Of a stretch of DNA of 64,000 bases, positions 44,646 through 53,861 are shown in pieces. Position 1 is the first letter of the stretch. Every line of letters starts with the position of its first letter. The stretch covers positions 308 to 64,307 of the forward strand of contig CAYXZV010000004.1 of NCBI GenBank assembly GCA_964469645.1, read 5' to 3'. The notes below the pieces were generated by a model. It was not told the origin of the DNA, did not search any database, and saw only the letters and a program-made list of their open reading frames with translations. The DNA is from an uncultured Methanosarcinales archaeon (GTDB lineage: Archaea > Nanobdellota > Nanobdellia > Woesearchaeales > GW2011-AR4). Position numbers and translations under genes: made by a program.

Positions 44646-45029
44646 ATGGCAAAGAAAGAATTTAGTTATAGGGGAAAATCACTTGAAGAGTTAAAGAGTC
44701 TGAGCCTGAATGAAATAGCTATGCTGCTGCCAGCAAGACAAAGAAGAAGCCTGAAAAGAGGATTGACTGATCAACAAAAAGTTTTACTCAAGAAAATAAA
44801 GAACAATGAAGAGAATGTAGAGACTCACTGCAGGGACATGATAATCCTTCCAGAAATGGTCGGAAAAGTAATAAGAGTGCATAGCGGAAAAGAGTTTGTT
44901 CCTGTAACAATCGTTGATGAAATGATAGGTCATTGTCTTGGTGAATTTGCCTTGACAAGAAAAAGAATAGCGCATTCAGCGCCAGGAATCGGTGCTACAA
45001 GATCAAGCGCAGCATTATCGGTTAAATAA
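44646..45029 (+). CDS. rps19: 30S ribosomal protein uS19
   Basis: [21 protein letters not shown] is present. Confidence 0.95.
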   Translation: MAKKEFSYRGKSLEELKSLSLNEIAMLLPARQRRSLKRGLTDQQKVLLKKIKNNEENVETHCRDMIILPEMVGKVIRVHSGKEFVPVTIVDEMIGHCLGEFALTRKRIAHSAPGIGATRSSAALSVK

Positions 45030-45031
45030 AC

Positions 45032-45523
45032 ATGGCAAACAACTATTCAGCAAAAGATTACAACAAGGAAAATATGGCCAGAGCTATTGGCAGGTCTCTG
45101 CCTATTTCATTCAAGCAAAGTATAGAGATATGCAATTTCATAAGGAACAAGAGCATAAATTATGCAAAGAATACCTTGAATGGGGTTGTTAATGAGGGCA
45201 GAGCAATTCCTTTCAAAAGATTCAACAAGGATGTAGGTCATAAGAAGAATATGGCTGCAGGGAGATACCCTAAAAAAGCTTCTAGTGAGATCCTGAACCT
45301 GATAAACAATGTTGAAGCTAATGCTCAATTTAAAGGCCTTAATACTTCGAATTTAGTCATAACACACATAAACGCAAATAAGGCATCTCTGGTCACGCAT
45401 TTCGGGAGAAAAAGAAGCAGAAGGGCCAAGAGAACTAATGTGGAGATTGTTGTGCAGGAAAAAGCAACTGAGAAGAAGCAACCAGCAAAAAAAGCAGTTA
45501 AGGAAGAAGTAAACAAAAAATGA
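45032..45523 (+). CDS. rpl22: 50S ribosomal protein uL22
   Basis: Synteny, plus ARAIGRSLPISFKQSIEICNFIR. Confidence 0.9.
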   Translation: MANNYSAKDYNKENMARAIGRSLPISFKQSIEICNFIRNKSINYAKNTLNGVVNEGRAIPFKRFNKDVGHKKNMAAGRYPKKASSEILNLINNVEANAQFKGLNTSNLVITHINANKASLVTHFGRKRSRRAKRTNVEIVVQEKATEKKQPAKKAVKEEVNKK

Positions 45524-46281
45524 TAGAAAGAAAATTTATCAGTCAGAAGATCAAGGAATATCAAATACAGGAATTTATAAGCAGCAGCCTAAAGAATGTC
45601 GGCCATAGTCATACTAAAATGGTGAAGACACCTCTTGGGGAAAAGATTGTTGTTTATGCTTCAAGACCTGGACTTATAGTAGGAAGAAAAGGGCAGAATA
45701 TAAAAGAACTTACAAAAACGTTGAAAAAAAGATTTGAGCTTGAAAATCCCCAGATAGAGATAAGCGAAGTGGAAGATGTCAATCTGGATGCCAATATTGT
45801 TGCTGAAAGAATAACAGATTCATTGGAAAGATTTGGGCCGCAGAAATTCAAGGCAATAGGCCATAAGACAATGGAGAATGTTATGAGCGCAGGAGCTTTG
45901 GGTATTGAGATAATAATCAGCGGTAAGATACCAAGCAGCCGTGCCAAATCCTGGAGATTCTATTCAGGATACCTTAAGAAATGTGGAGATATATCAATTG
46001 TTGCTGTTGATAAATCACATACGCAGGCAAAATTAAAGACTGGGATTGTAGGGGTAAAGGTTAGTATAATGCCTCCTGGGACAAAGCTTCCAGATAAAGT
46101 TGAGCTTATCAAGGAAAAAGAAGAGAAAGTTGAGGAAATCGAAGACGAAAAAGAAACTAAAGAAGAGAGTGAGAAGGAAGAGAATAAACCAAAAACGAAG
46201 AAGAAGGCTGCAGCAAAAAAGAGTGAAAAGGATGAGTCTGCTGAAAAGAATGACGAGAAAGTAAAAGAAAATGAAGGCTAA
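45520..46281 (+). CDS. rps3: 30S ribosomal protein uS3 with about 55-aa Lys/Glu-rich tail
   Basis: KH domain motif LIVGRKGQNIKELT, and synteny. Confidence 0.95.
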   Translation: MIERKFISQKIKEYQIQEFISSSLKNVGHSHTKMVKTPLGEKIVVYASRPGLIVGRKGQNIKELTKTLKKRFELENPQIEISEVEDVNLDANIVAERITDSLERFGPQKFKAIGHKTMENVMSAGALGIEIIISGKIPSSRAKSWRFYSGYLKKCGDISIVAVDKSHTQAKLKTGIVGVKVSIMPPGTKLPDKVELIKEKEEKVEEIEDEKETKEESEKEENKPKTKKKAAAKKSEKDESAEKNDEKVKENEG

Positions 46282-46504
46282 GGAAATAAGAAGTTTGGAT
46301 AAAAGCACAACTAATGAAAAGATCTTGGAGCTTAAGAAGGAGTTGGTTAAGATGAATGCACAGGTGGCAATAGGAACTGCTCTTAAAAATCCAGGACAGG
46401 TAAAGGAAGTAAAGAAGACCATTGCTAGGATGCTTACGATAGAAAATGAGAAAATGCAAAAAAGCGGGACAAAGAAGGACCCAGAAGGTGGTAAAAAGGC
46501 ATGA
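46271..46504 (+). CDS. rpl29: 50S ribosomal protein uL29
   Basis: Starts MKAKEIRSLDKST..LELKKELVK. Confidence 0.9.
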   Translation: MKAKEIRSLDKSTTNEKILELKKELVKMNAQVAIGTALKNPGQVKEVKKTIARMLTIENEKMQKSGTKKDPEGGKKA

Positions 46505-46809
46505 CTGAAATAGATCCAATAACTGGCTTACCAAAAGAGCTCGGTACGTGGGAAACAATCACAAAGGAAGGGCAGATAATAAAAATCTACCTCGAAAGGA
46601 AGAAATTCAGGAAATTTTCAACCATAATTGAAGGCATCGATGAGAAGGAGATAAGCCTCAAGGACCTTGCAAAAAAGCTTAAGGAGCAGTTTGCATGTGG
46701 CGGTACAGCAAAAAAGGGGAAGATAGAGCTGCAAGGTAACCACAAGGACAAAGTCAAGGGCTTTTTAGTCAAGATGGGTTTTGCCCCAGATACTATTGAG
46801 GTTAAATAA
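46501..46809 (+). CDS. sui1: Translation initiation factor aIF1 (SUI1)
   Basis: IKIYLERKKFRKFSTIIEGI...ACGGTAK...IELQGNH is present. Confidence 0.9.
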   Translation: MTEIDPITGLPKELGTWETITKEGQIIKIYLERKKFRKFSTIIEGIDEKEISLKDLAKKLKEQFACGGTAKKGKIELQGNHKDKVKGFLVKMGFAPDTIEVK

Positions 46810-46829
46810 TCATCAAAGAATATTGAAAA

Positions 46830-47258
46830 ATGAACAGCAAAGAAAAAACAGCAAAAAAGGAACAAAAGAGCAAGAGCAAACAGGTAAGTGAAGGAATAAA
46901 ACTCAGAGGCAGAATTTTTGTCGGAACCGTGACTGCCAGCAAGATGCAGAAAACTGTGACAGTAGAATGGGAAAGGAAAGGCTACCTGAAAAAATATGAA
47001 AGATATGAGAAAAAGAAAAGCAGGATTAAAGCCCATAATCCAGAATCAATAAGTGCGAAGGAAGGGGATATTGTTAGGATTATGGAATGCAGGCCATTGA
47101 GCAAAACCAAAAATTTTGTGGTTGTTGAAGTTTTAGGTAAGGAAAAAGGATTCAAAGAAAGAATGGAAGCTGAGGAAGAATCCAAATTTAAGAGAGAAGA
47201 GGAAAAGGAAGAATTGAAGAGCGATAATCAAGAGGATAAAGCAGAGGTGCAGGCATAA
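46830..47258 (+). CDS. rps17: 30S ribosomal protein uS17 with Lys/Glu-rich tail
   Basis: [18 protein letters not shown]...AHNP...[16 protein letters not shown] is present. Confidence 0.95.
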   Translation: MNSKEKTAKKEQKSKSKQVSEGIKLRGRIFVGTVTASKMQKTVTVEWERKGYLKKYERYEKKKSRIKAHNPESISAKEGDIVRIMECRPLSKTKNFVVVEVLGKEKGFKERMEAEEESKFKREEEKEELKSDNQEDKAEVQA

Positions 47259-47660
47259 ATGCAGGCTATAAAATCAAAGATAACAAAAGGAATTCCTGTA
47301 GGGACTCAACTGGAGACATGCGATAATTCAGGAGCTAAGCTCCTTAAGGTATTTACAGTTGTTGGAAGCAAGACTACAAAAGGGAAAAATCCTGCGGCAG
47401 GGGTTGCAGATCTTGTTGTGGCATCTGTCAGGAGAGGAAGACCTGATATGAGGAAACAAGTTGTTTTTGCAGTCATAGTCAGGCAGAAAAAAGAGTACAA
47501 AAGAGCTGACGGCACGAGAATAAAGTTTGAGGATAACAGTGCTGTTGTCCTTAAAGATGATAAAGGAAATCCAAAAGGAACTATATTCAAAGGAGCTATT
47601 GCTAAGGAAGTAACTGAGAGGTGGCCAGGTATTGCTAAGATAGCGAGTATTGTGGTATAA
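47259..47660 (+). CDS. rpl14: 50S ribosomal protein uL14
   Basis: LETCDNSGAKLLKV is present. Confidence 0.95.
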   Translation: MQAIKSKITKGIPVGTQLETCDNSGAKLLKVFTVVGSKTTKGKNPAAGVADLVVASVRRGRPDMRKQVVFAVIVRQKKEYKRADGTRIKFEDNSAVVLKDDKGNPKGTIFKGAIAKEVTERWPGIAKIASIVV

Positions 47661-47662
47661 TA

Positions 47663-47747
47663 TTGTGCATGCCTGCACACTAGCGTATGGGGATATCTGA
47701 GATATCCCGAGACTGTTTCGTGCGGTAATGTAAAATCGGGCGCGTAA
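47663..47747. repeat. GC-rich modular hairpin repeat, short copy, inside the r-protein operon
   Basis: GTGCA-tgcc-TGCAC (47665-78), ACACTAGCGTAT, GGGATATC-tga-GATATCCC (47690-708) and GAGACTGTTTCG...GTAAAA. Confidence 0.8.
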
Positions 47748-47750
47748 AAA

Positions 47751-48131
47751 ATGAAAACAAAATTTTCAAGTTCGTGGATAAGGAGCAAACAATCTAGGAA
47801 ACAAAGAAAGTACAGGCACAACGCTCCGCTGCATATAAAACAGAAATTTGTAGGCGCGCACTTATCAAAAGAGTTACGAGAAAAATACAAGAAAAGAAGC
47901 ATAAATCTGAGAAAGGGGGATAGTGTTAAAGTTACGAGAGGGCAGTTTAGGGACAAAACAGGCAAGATTGATGAAGTTGATGTAAAAAAAACTCAAGTTT
48001 ATGTTGGTGGAATCGAGATTGTAAAGAGAGATGGTACAAAAGCAAGATATCCGTTAAATCCATCAAATTTGATCGTGACTGAAGTTGACGTGAATGATAA
48101 AATGAGAAACAAAATTTTTGAGAGGAAGTAA
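47751..48131 (+). CDS. rpl24: 50S ribosomal protein uL24
   Basis: KOW motif LRKGDSVKVTRGQFRDKTGKI. Confidence 0.9.
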   Translation: MKTKFSSSWIRSKQSRKQRKYRHNAPLHIKQKFVGAHLSKELREKYKKRSINLRKGDSVKVTRGQFRDKTGKIDEVDVKKTQVYVGGIEIVKRDGTKARYPLNPSNLIVTEVDVNDKMRNKIFERK

Positions 48132-48132
48132 A

Positions 48133-48822
48133 ATGGCACACCTAAAAAGACACTTTGCCCCAAAAACCTGGCAAATAAAAAGGAAGGGCATAAAATCCAT
48201 CACTAAGGCTAGTCCGGGCACTCATAAGAAAGCTATGTCTCTACCCATTAATGTCATCTTAAGAGATATTCTTGGTTACGCAGACAGCAACAGGGAAGTT
48301 AAATTTATACTTCAAAAAAGAGATGTAAAAGTTGATGGAATCACGAGAAAGGACCATAGATTTCCAGTAGGGTTATTTGATATCTTATCGTTAAACGATG
48401 CAGGTGAACATCTTAGGGTTGTTTTGGATAAAAAAGGAAAACTCTCTCTTGTTAAAATAGACAAAGGAGAAAGCAAGATTAAACCATGCAAGATTATAGG
48501 AAAAACTGCTGTAAAAGGTAAGGTACAATTGAACCTGCATGACGGCAGAAATATATTTGCAAAAGAAGAGGTATATAAGGTTGGGGATTCAATATTTTTG
48601 GATCTTGGGAAGAAAAATGATATCAAGGAAAAAATAAGTCTTGATAAGAATATTATGATATGCCTTACAGGCGGAAGGCACATTGGCCAGATAGGGAAAG
48701 TTCAGGATATAATCGGGAATAGAATCCTATACAACACAGAAACGGGAGATACTATTGAGACCCTAAAAGAATATGCATTCCCAATAGGGAAAGATAAACC
48801 ATTGATAAAACTATCAGATTAA
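48133..48822 (+). CDS. rps4e: 30S ribosomal protein eS4
   Basis: Starts MAHLKRHFAPKTWQIKRKG. Confidence 0.95.
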   Translation: MAHLKRHFAPKTWQIKRKGIKSITKASPGTHKKAMSLPINVILRDILGYADSNREVKFILQKRDVKVDGITRKDHRFPVGLFDILSLNDAGEHLRVVLDKKGKLSLVKIDKGESKIKPCKIIGKTAVKGKVQLNLHDGRNIFAKEEVYKVGDSIFLDLGKKNDIKEKISLDKNIMICLTGGRHIGQIGKVQDIIGNRILYNTETGDTIETLKEYAFPIGKDKPLIKLSD

Positions 48823-48823
48823 A

Positions 48824-49333
48824 ATGAATCCGATGAGGCAGATAAGTGTGGAAAAGGTAACCTTAAACATAGGTGCAGGTAAAGATCAGACTAAGTTAGA
48901 TAAAAGTGTCAAGCTTATTAACAATATCACAGGGTATAAGCCTGTCAAAACCTTTGCAAGAAAAAGAATCCAGGAATGGGGCCTGAGACTTGGACTTCCA
49001 ATAGGGTGCAAGCTGACATTGAGGAAAGAAAAGGCAATAGAACTGTTAAAAAGATTGTTCGAAGCAAAAGATAATACCTTACAAGAGAGTAATATAGACA
49101 ATGAAGGGAATATCTCATTTGGGATTGGAGAGTACATTGACATTCCAGGAGCAAAGTATGATCCAGATATAGGGATTATGGGCCTTCAAGTATGTATAAC
49201 ATTAAAGAGAAGCGGATTCAGGATAAAGACAAGAGCGTTGAAAAGAAGGGTCATACCAAAAAATCACAGGATAAAAAAAGAAGAAGCTATGGATTTTATG
49301 AAAAATAATTTTAATCTTAAGGTGGGGGAGTAA
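48824..49333 (+). CDS. rpl5: 50S ribosomal protein uL5
   Basis: VEKVTLNIGAG is present, with synteny. Confidence 0.9.
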   Translation: MNPMRQISVEKVTLNIGAGKDQTKLDKSVKLINNITGYKPVKTFARKRIQEWGLRLGLPIGCKLTLRKEKAIELLKRLFEAKDNTLQESNIDNEGNISFGIGEYIDIPGAKYDPDIGIMGLQVCITLKRSGFRIKTRALKRRVIPKNHRIKKEEAMDFMKNNFNLKVGE

Positions 49334-49335
49334 AA

Positions 49336-49566
49336 ATGACTTACAGTAATTATAGGAAGGTATTCAAACAACTTAAAGCTAAACCGGTAAAACTGCAAAA
49401 ATACATTAAACATAACACTCCTAAAAAAAGGAGTTGCGGAAAGGCAACGAAAAGGTGCCGTATGACTGGACGTATAAGCGGTCATATAAGCCAGTACGGC
49501 CTAGACTTATGCAGGCAGGCTTTCAGAGATACTGCAACTAAACTTGGTTTTAAAAAGTATAATTGA
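49336..49566 (+). CDS. rps14: 30S ribosomal protein uS14, extended and with incomplete CxxC pairs
   Basis: ...KRCRMTGRISGHISQYGLDLCRQAFRDTATKLGFKKY is present. Confidence 0.85.
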   Translation: MTYSNYRKVFKQLKAKPVKLQKYIKHNTPKKRSCGKATKRCRMTGRISGHISQYGLDLCRQAFRDTATKLGFKKYN

Positions 49567-49574
49567 GGTTAAAA

Positions 49575-49967
49575 ATGTCACTAAACGATCCATTGGCAAA
49601 TGCATTATCATCTATTTTGACAGATGAGAAAGCAGGAAGAAAGGAAAGCATAATCAAACCTTCTTCAAAAATCATAAAGAAAGTCCTCGAAGTTATGAAA
49701 GAAGGCAGTTATGTTGGAGATTTTGAGGAGATGAAAGAGGCAGAAGGATCTGCATTAAAATTAAATCTCTTAGGCAACATAAACAAATGTGGTGTCACAA
49801 AACCAAGGCATAGCATAAAAAAGGACCAATTTGAAAGGTTTGAAGAGCGATATCTTTTAGCGAGAGATATGGGGATGCTGATTGTATCTACACCTATGGG
49901 CATTATTTCGCATGTAGAGGCAAAGAAAAAGAATGTTGGAGGAAAGCTTCTGGCTTATTGTTATTAA
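49575..49967 (+). CDS. rps8: 30S ribosomal protein uS8
   Basis: Starts MSLNDPLANALSSI. Confidence 0.9.
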   Translation: MSLNDPLANALSSILTDEKAGRKESIIKPSSKIIKKVLEVMKEGSYVGDFEEMKEAEGSALKLNLLGNINKCGVTKPRHSIKKDQFERFEERYLLARDMGMLIVSTPMGIISHVEAKKKNVGGKLLAYCY

Positions 49968-49969
49968 AG

Positions 49970-50527
49970 ATGAAAGGCAAAGAGAAGAAAACTTTGAGAG
50001 TGGAAATAAAATTACAGGACAAAGTAAGTACGCAGCTAGAGGGAGATGTATTGACATTAAAAGGTACGAAAGGGGAAGCTAAAAGGGAGTTTTCAAATAA
50101 GAATATTACAATAGAGCATAAAGACGGTGCAATCATACTCACTGCTTCCAAATCAAATAAAGTGAATAAGAAAGTCATTAAATCATATGCATCCCATGTA
50201 AGGAATATGATGGATGGATGCTTAGAAGCACATAAGTATATGTTAAAGATATGCTCCGGGCATTTCCCGATGAACGTGGTTGTAAGTAATAATGAGCTAA
50301 TTGTAAAAAATTTTCTTGGAGAAAAGGTCCCTAGAACACTTAAATTAAAGCCTGGCGCTGATGTAAAAGTGGAGGGTGATAATATTACTGTAGAAAGCCC
50401 GGTTAAAGAGATTGCCGGACAGGTAAGTGCAGATATAGAGCTTCTTACTAGAAGGACAGGATACGACGCAAGAATTTTCCAGGATGGGCTTTGGATAATT
50501 ATGAAAGACAACAAGGAGATTAAATAG
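49970..50527 (+). CDS. rpl6: 50S ribosomal protein uL6
   Basis: Synteny and a two-domain uL6 pattern. Confidence 0.9.
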   Translation: MKGKEKKTLRVEIKLQDKVSTQLEGDVLTLKGTKGEAKREFSNKNITIEHKDGAIILTASKSNKVNKKVIKSYASHVRNMMDGCLEAHKYMLKICSGHFPMNVVVSNNELIVKNFLGEKVPRTLKLKPGADVKVEGDNITVESPVKEIAGQVSADIELLTRRTGYDARIFQDGLWIIMKDNKEIK

Positions 50528-50529
50528 AA

Positions 50530-51102
50530 ATGCTGCCTACAAAAGAACTGCTAGAGCTACGAAAGCAAATTAAGGACAAAAAACCTGATTTTATCAGGCA
50601 GGACACCCATAAAAAGAAAAGGCTGGAAAGAAGATGGAAACGGCCGACAGGATTACATTCGAAGATAAGATTGAAGCTTAAGGGCAGGGCAAGAGGAGTA
50701 TCACAAGGATACAGGAGCCCAAAGAGTGTAAGAGGGCTATATAAGACTGGACTGGTGCAATCAAAAATTAGTTCATTGAAAGATATGGAGAGATTAGATT
50801 CGAAACAAAGCTGCATTATAATCTCATCGTCTTTAGGCAACAAAAAACGGTTGGGTATCTTGAAAAAAGCTAAAGAAAAAAGCTTTGTGATTTCAAATAT
50901 AAAAAACACTGATGAGTTTATAAAAAAGATAGAAGAAGATATCAATTCAAGGAAAAAGAAAAAGGATGAATTAAAGAACAAGAAAAAAGATGTAAAAGAG
51001 GAAAAGAAAGAGGGAAAACTAACCGAAAAAGTAAGTGATGATGGTAAGAAAGAAGCAGAGAAAAAAGAAAAAGACAAGGTTTTGACTAAAAAAGGAAGAT
51101 AA
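50530..51102 (+). CDS. rpl32e: 50S ribosomal protein eL32 with Lys/Glu-rich tail
   Basis: FIRQDTHKKKRLERRWKRPTGLHSK is present. Confidence 0.9.
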   Translation: MLPTKELLELRKQIKDKKPDFIRQDTHKKKRLERRWKRPTGLHSKIRLKLKGRARGVSQGYRSPKSVRGLYKTGLVQSKISSLKDMERLDSKQSCIIISSSLGNKKRLGILKKAKEKSFVISNIKNTDEFIKKIEEDINSRKKKKDELKNKKKDVKEEKKEGKLTEKVSDDGKKEAEKKEKDKVLTKKGR

Positions 51103-51103
51103 A

Positions 51104-51565
51104 ATGCAATTAAAGATACAAAAAAGGCTTGCCGCGCAGTTGTTGAAAGCGTCTGAAAATGACATTTGGCTAGATTCAAATAGGTTGGACGAGATAAAAG
51201 AGGCTATAACAAAGGCAGATATAAAATCCCTAATAAAAGATAAAGCCATTAAGAATAAAAAAATTAGGGGAATTTCAAGATACAGGATCAGGCAGAGAAA
51301 ACAACAGAAAAGTAAGGGAAGAAGGGGTGGTGCAGGATCTACAAAAGGTGGCAAGCGGGCAAGATTAAGTAAAAAAAGAAAATGGATTAACAGTGTCAGG
51401 ATACAAAGAAAGTTTTTGCAGAATCTCAGAGACAAAGAAGTTATTGATGTATCTTCTTACAGGTCTTTGTACATGAAAAGTAAAGGTGGGTTTTTCAGGA
51501 GTAAGAGACACATAAAACTATTCATAGAAGAACGTGGGATTAAAAATGAAAAAACAAATCACTGA
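51104..51565 (+). CDS. rpl19e: 50S ribosomal protein eL19
   Basis: Starts MQLKIQKRLAAQLLKASENDIWLD. Confidence 0.9.
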   Translation: MQLKIQKRLAAQLLKASENDIWLDSNRLDEIKEAITKADIKSLIKDKAIKNKKIRGISRYRIRQRKQQKSKGRRGGAGSTKGGKRARLSKKRKWINSVRIQRKFLQNLRDKEVIDVSSYRSLYMKSKGGFFRSKRHIKLFIEERGIKNEKTNH

Positions 51566-51605
51566 TTTATTTTTTCAATGTAAAAATTTGAGGAAATTTT
51601 AACGA

Positions 51606-52193
51606 ATGAAAAAAACTAAGATTTATACTCTACAGTTAAGAAGAAAGCGGGAAGGATCTACTAATTACAGGAAAAGACTTAAGATACTTGCGTCCAGAAA
51701 GCCAAGACTTGTAGTCAGGAGATCATTAAAGAATATACAAGCCAGCATAACAGAATATGATAAAAAAGGGGATTTGGTTAGAGTCTCTGCTCATTCGTCC
51801 AGCTTAAAAAAAATTGGGTGGAAATATAATTCCGGAAATTTGCCTGCGGCTTATCTGGTTGGGTTTTTACTAGGAAAGCATGCCGGTGAAAAGTTTGGAG
51901 AAATTATTTTTGATATAGGCCTTAATAAATCCATAAAAGGTTCCAGAATATATGGAGTTTTGACTGGAGCTTTAGATGCAGGATTGAAAATACCTCATAG
52001 CAAAGAAATCCTTCCAAGCAAAGAGCGAGTTATGGGAAAACACATAGCAGATTATGGAGTGACATTAAAAAAAGATGAAGTATCATTTAAAAAACAATTT
52101 GGATTTTATGCAAAGAACAATACAGATCCAGTAGATATTGTCAAAAATTTTGAAGAAGTAAAAAATAACATCGATAAAAAATCAACTAAATAA
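51606..52193 (+). CDS. rpl18: 50S ribosomal protein uL18
   Basis: RRKREGSTNYRKRLKIL..RKPRLVVRRS is present. Confidence 0.9.
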   Translation: MKKTKIYTLQLRRKREGSTNYRKRLKILASRKPRLVVRRSLKNIQASITEYDKKGDLVRVSAHSSSLKKIGWKYNSGNLPAAYLVGFLLGKHAGEKFGEIIFDIGLNKSIKGSRIYGVLTGALDAGLKIPHSKEILPSKERVMGKHIADYGVTLKKDEVSFKKQFGFYAKNNTDPVDIVKNFEEVKNNIDKKSTK

Positions 52194-52194
52194 A

Positions 52195-52998
52195 ATGGCA
52201 GAAGATAAATCAAATAGGGATAAAGGTAAGGGCCCTTCTAAAAGGGGCAAGGCTAATTGGAATAGGGGAAACAGGGTGGACAAACCCAAAGAATTCGATA
52301 AAGAAGCGTGGAAACCAAAAACATCCCTTGGAATGAAAGTGAAGACTGGAGAAATTGATAATATAGACCATATACTGGACAATAGGTTAAAAATTCTGGA
52401 ACGTGAGATTGTGGATATACTGATGCCAGATTTAACCACAGATCTTCTGCTTGTTGGACAATCAAAAGGTAAGTTTGGCGGCGGCCAGAGGCGTGTTTTC
52501 AGACAAACACAAAAGAAAACACAGGAGGGAAACAAGCCTAAATTCGGAACTTTTGCGATAGTTGGTAATGGTGACGGTTACGTGGGCATAGGTTATGGCA
52601 AGAGTAAAGAAACAGTACCTGCAAGAGAAAAAGCCACAAGAAATGCAAAACTGAATATAATTAAGATTATCAGAGGAAATGGCTCGTGGCAGGATGTCAG
52701 TTCTGAGCCTAATTCAATCCCTTTTGCCATTGAAGGTAAATGCGGCTCTTCGAAGATAAGACTTATTCCAGCTCCAAGAGGCACTGGATTATGCATAGAA
52801 GGGGAATGTGGTAAAGTCCTTAAGATTGCAGGCATAAAGGACATATGGTCCGAGACTTTTGGCCAGACTGGTACAAAAACAAACCTAATCTGGGCTTGTT
52901 TCGATGCTCTTAAGAAACTTTCTGATGTGAAAATACAAAAAGAAACTGCTGAAAAACTAGGTGTCGTAGAAGGGAAGGGTGTATCACAAGATGAATAA
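52195..52998 (+). CDS. rps5: 30S ribosomal protein uS5
   Basis: VGNGDGYVGIGYGKSKE is present. Confidence 0.95.
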   Translation: MAEDKSNRDKGKGPSKRGKANWNRGNRVDKPKEFDKEAWKPKTSLGMKVKTGEIDNIDHILDNRLKILEREIVDILMPDLTTDLLLVGQSKGKFGGGQRRVFRQTQKKTQEGNKPKFGTFAIVGNGDGYVGIGYGKSKETVPAREKATRNAKLNIIKIIRGNGSWQDVSSEPNSIPFAIEGKCGSSKIRLIPAPRGTGLCIEGECGKVLKIAGIKDIWSETFGQTGTKTNLIWACFDALKKLSDVKIQKETAEKLGVVEGKGVSQDE

Positions 52999-53410
52999 GG
53001 AGAATAAGGAAGAAAACGCTAAAGAAGAAGTTGGCAAAAAAGCAGCAGAGACTTCTGAAAGGTTTGCAATTGTTAGGGTTAGAGGAGTTACTGGAATAAA
53101 ATATGATATTGATGGTACTCTTGAAAAGCTGAATTTGCATAAAAAAAATTATTGTGTTGTTGTTCCAAAGAATGCCAGCTATGTCGGCATGATTAAAAAA
53201 GTTAAGGATTATGTCACGTGGGGAGATATAGATGAGAAGACATATGGTGCTTTAGCAGACAAAAGAAAAGCTGGATCAAAGAAAGTCTTCAGATTAAACA
53301 GCCCGAGAAAAGGATATGGAAGAAAAGGGATAAAAGCTTCGTTTCAAAATGGAGGGGCTTTGGATTATAGAGGAGATAAGATTAATGATCTTATAATGAG
53401 GATGATTTAA
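52991..53410 (+). CDS. rpl30: 50S ribosomal protein uL30
   Basis: FAIVRVRGVTGI is present. The ATG overlaps the rps5 end by 8 nt. Confidence 0.85.
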   Translation: MNKENKEENAKEEVGKKAAETSERFAIVRVRGVTGIKYDIDGTLEKLNLHKKNYCVVVPKNASYVGMIKKVKDYVTWGDIDEKTYGALADKRKAGSKKVFRLNSPRKGYGRKGIKASFQNGGALDYRGDKINDLIMRMI

Positions 53411-53848
53411 GTGACAGTAAATAAAAGAAAGAAAGTTTCAAGGTATAGGGGAAGTATGACTCATGGAGGAGGCTCTAAAAAAAAGCGTAGAGGTTCCGGA
53501 AATAGAGGAGGTAAAGGAATGGCTGGAAGTGGTAAAAGATCAGATAGTAAAAAACCTTCTATATGGAAACAAAAATATTTTGGGAAACATGGATTTACAA
53601 GCAAAAATAGAAGAGACATTAAGGCAGTAAATATAGATTATTTAGATGAGAATATATTAAGACTGCCAAAAGATATAGTGAACAAAGAAAATGACTCATT
53701 TTCTGTTGATCTTGGGAAACTAGGCTTTAACAAACTTTTAAGCAAGGGAAAAGCATTAAATAAATACAAAATAAAGATTCCTCACGCTTCCAAGAAGGCC
53801 GTTGAAAAAATAAAAAATAGCGGTGGGGAAGTTATCCTATTAAAATAA
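53411..53848 (+). CDS. rpl15: 50S ribosomal protein uL15
   Basis: GTG start. RYRGSMTHGGGSKKKRRGSGNRGGKG is present. Confidence 0.9.
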   Translation: MTVNKRKKVSRYRGSMTHGGGSKKKRRGSGNRGGKGMAGSGKRSDSKKPSIWKQKYFGKHGFTSKNRRDIKAVNIDYLDENILRLPKDIVNKENDSFSVDLGKLGFNKLLSKGKALNKYKIKIPHASKKAVEKIKNSGGEVILLK

Positions 53849-53861
53849 ATTTTGCACTAAA

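Noticed and set aside
668-47747. CRISPR interpretation of the GC-rich hairpin repeats
   Set aside because: The copies are tens of kb apart and not arrayed with regular spacers. They have heterogeneous length and module order, and no cas genes are present.
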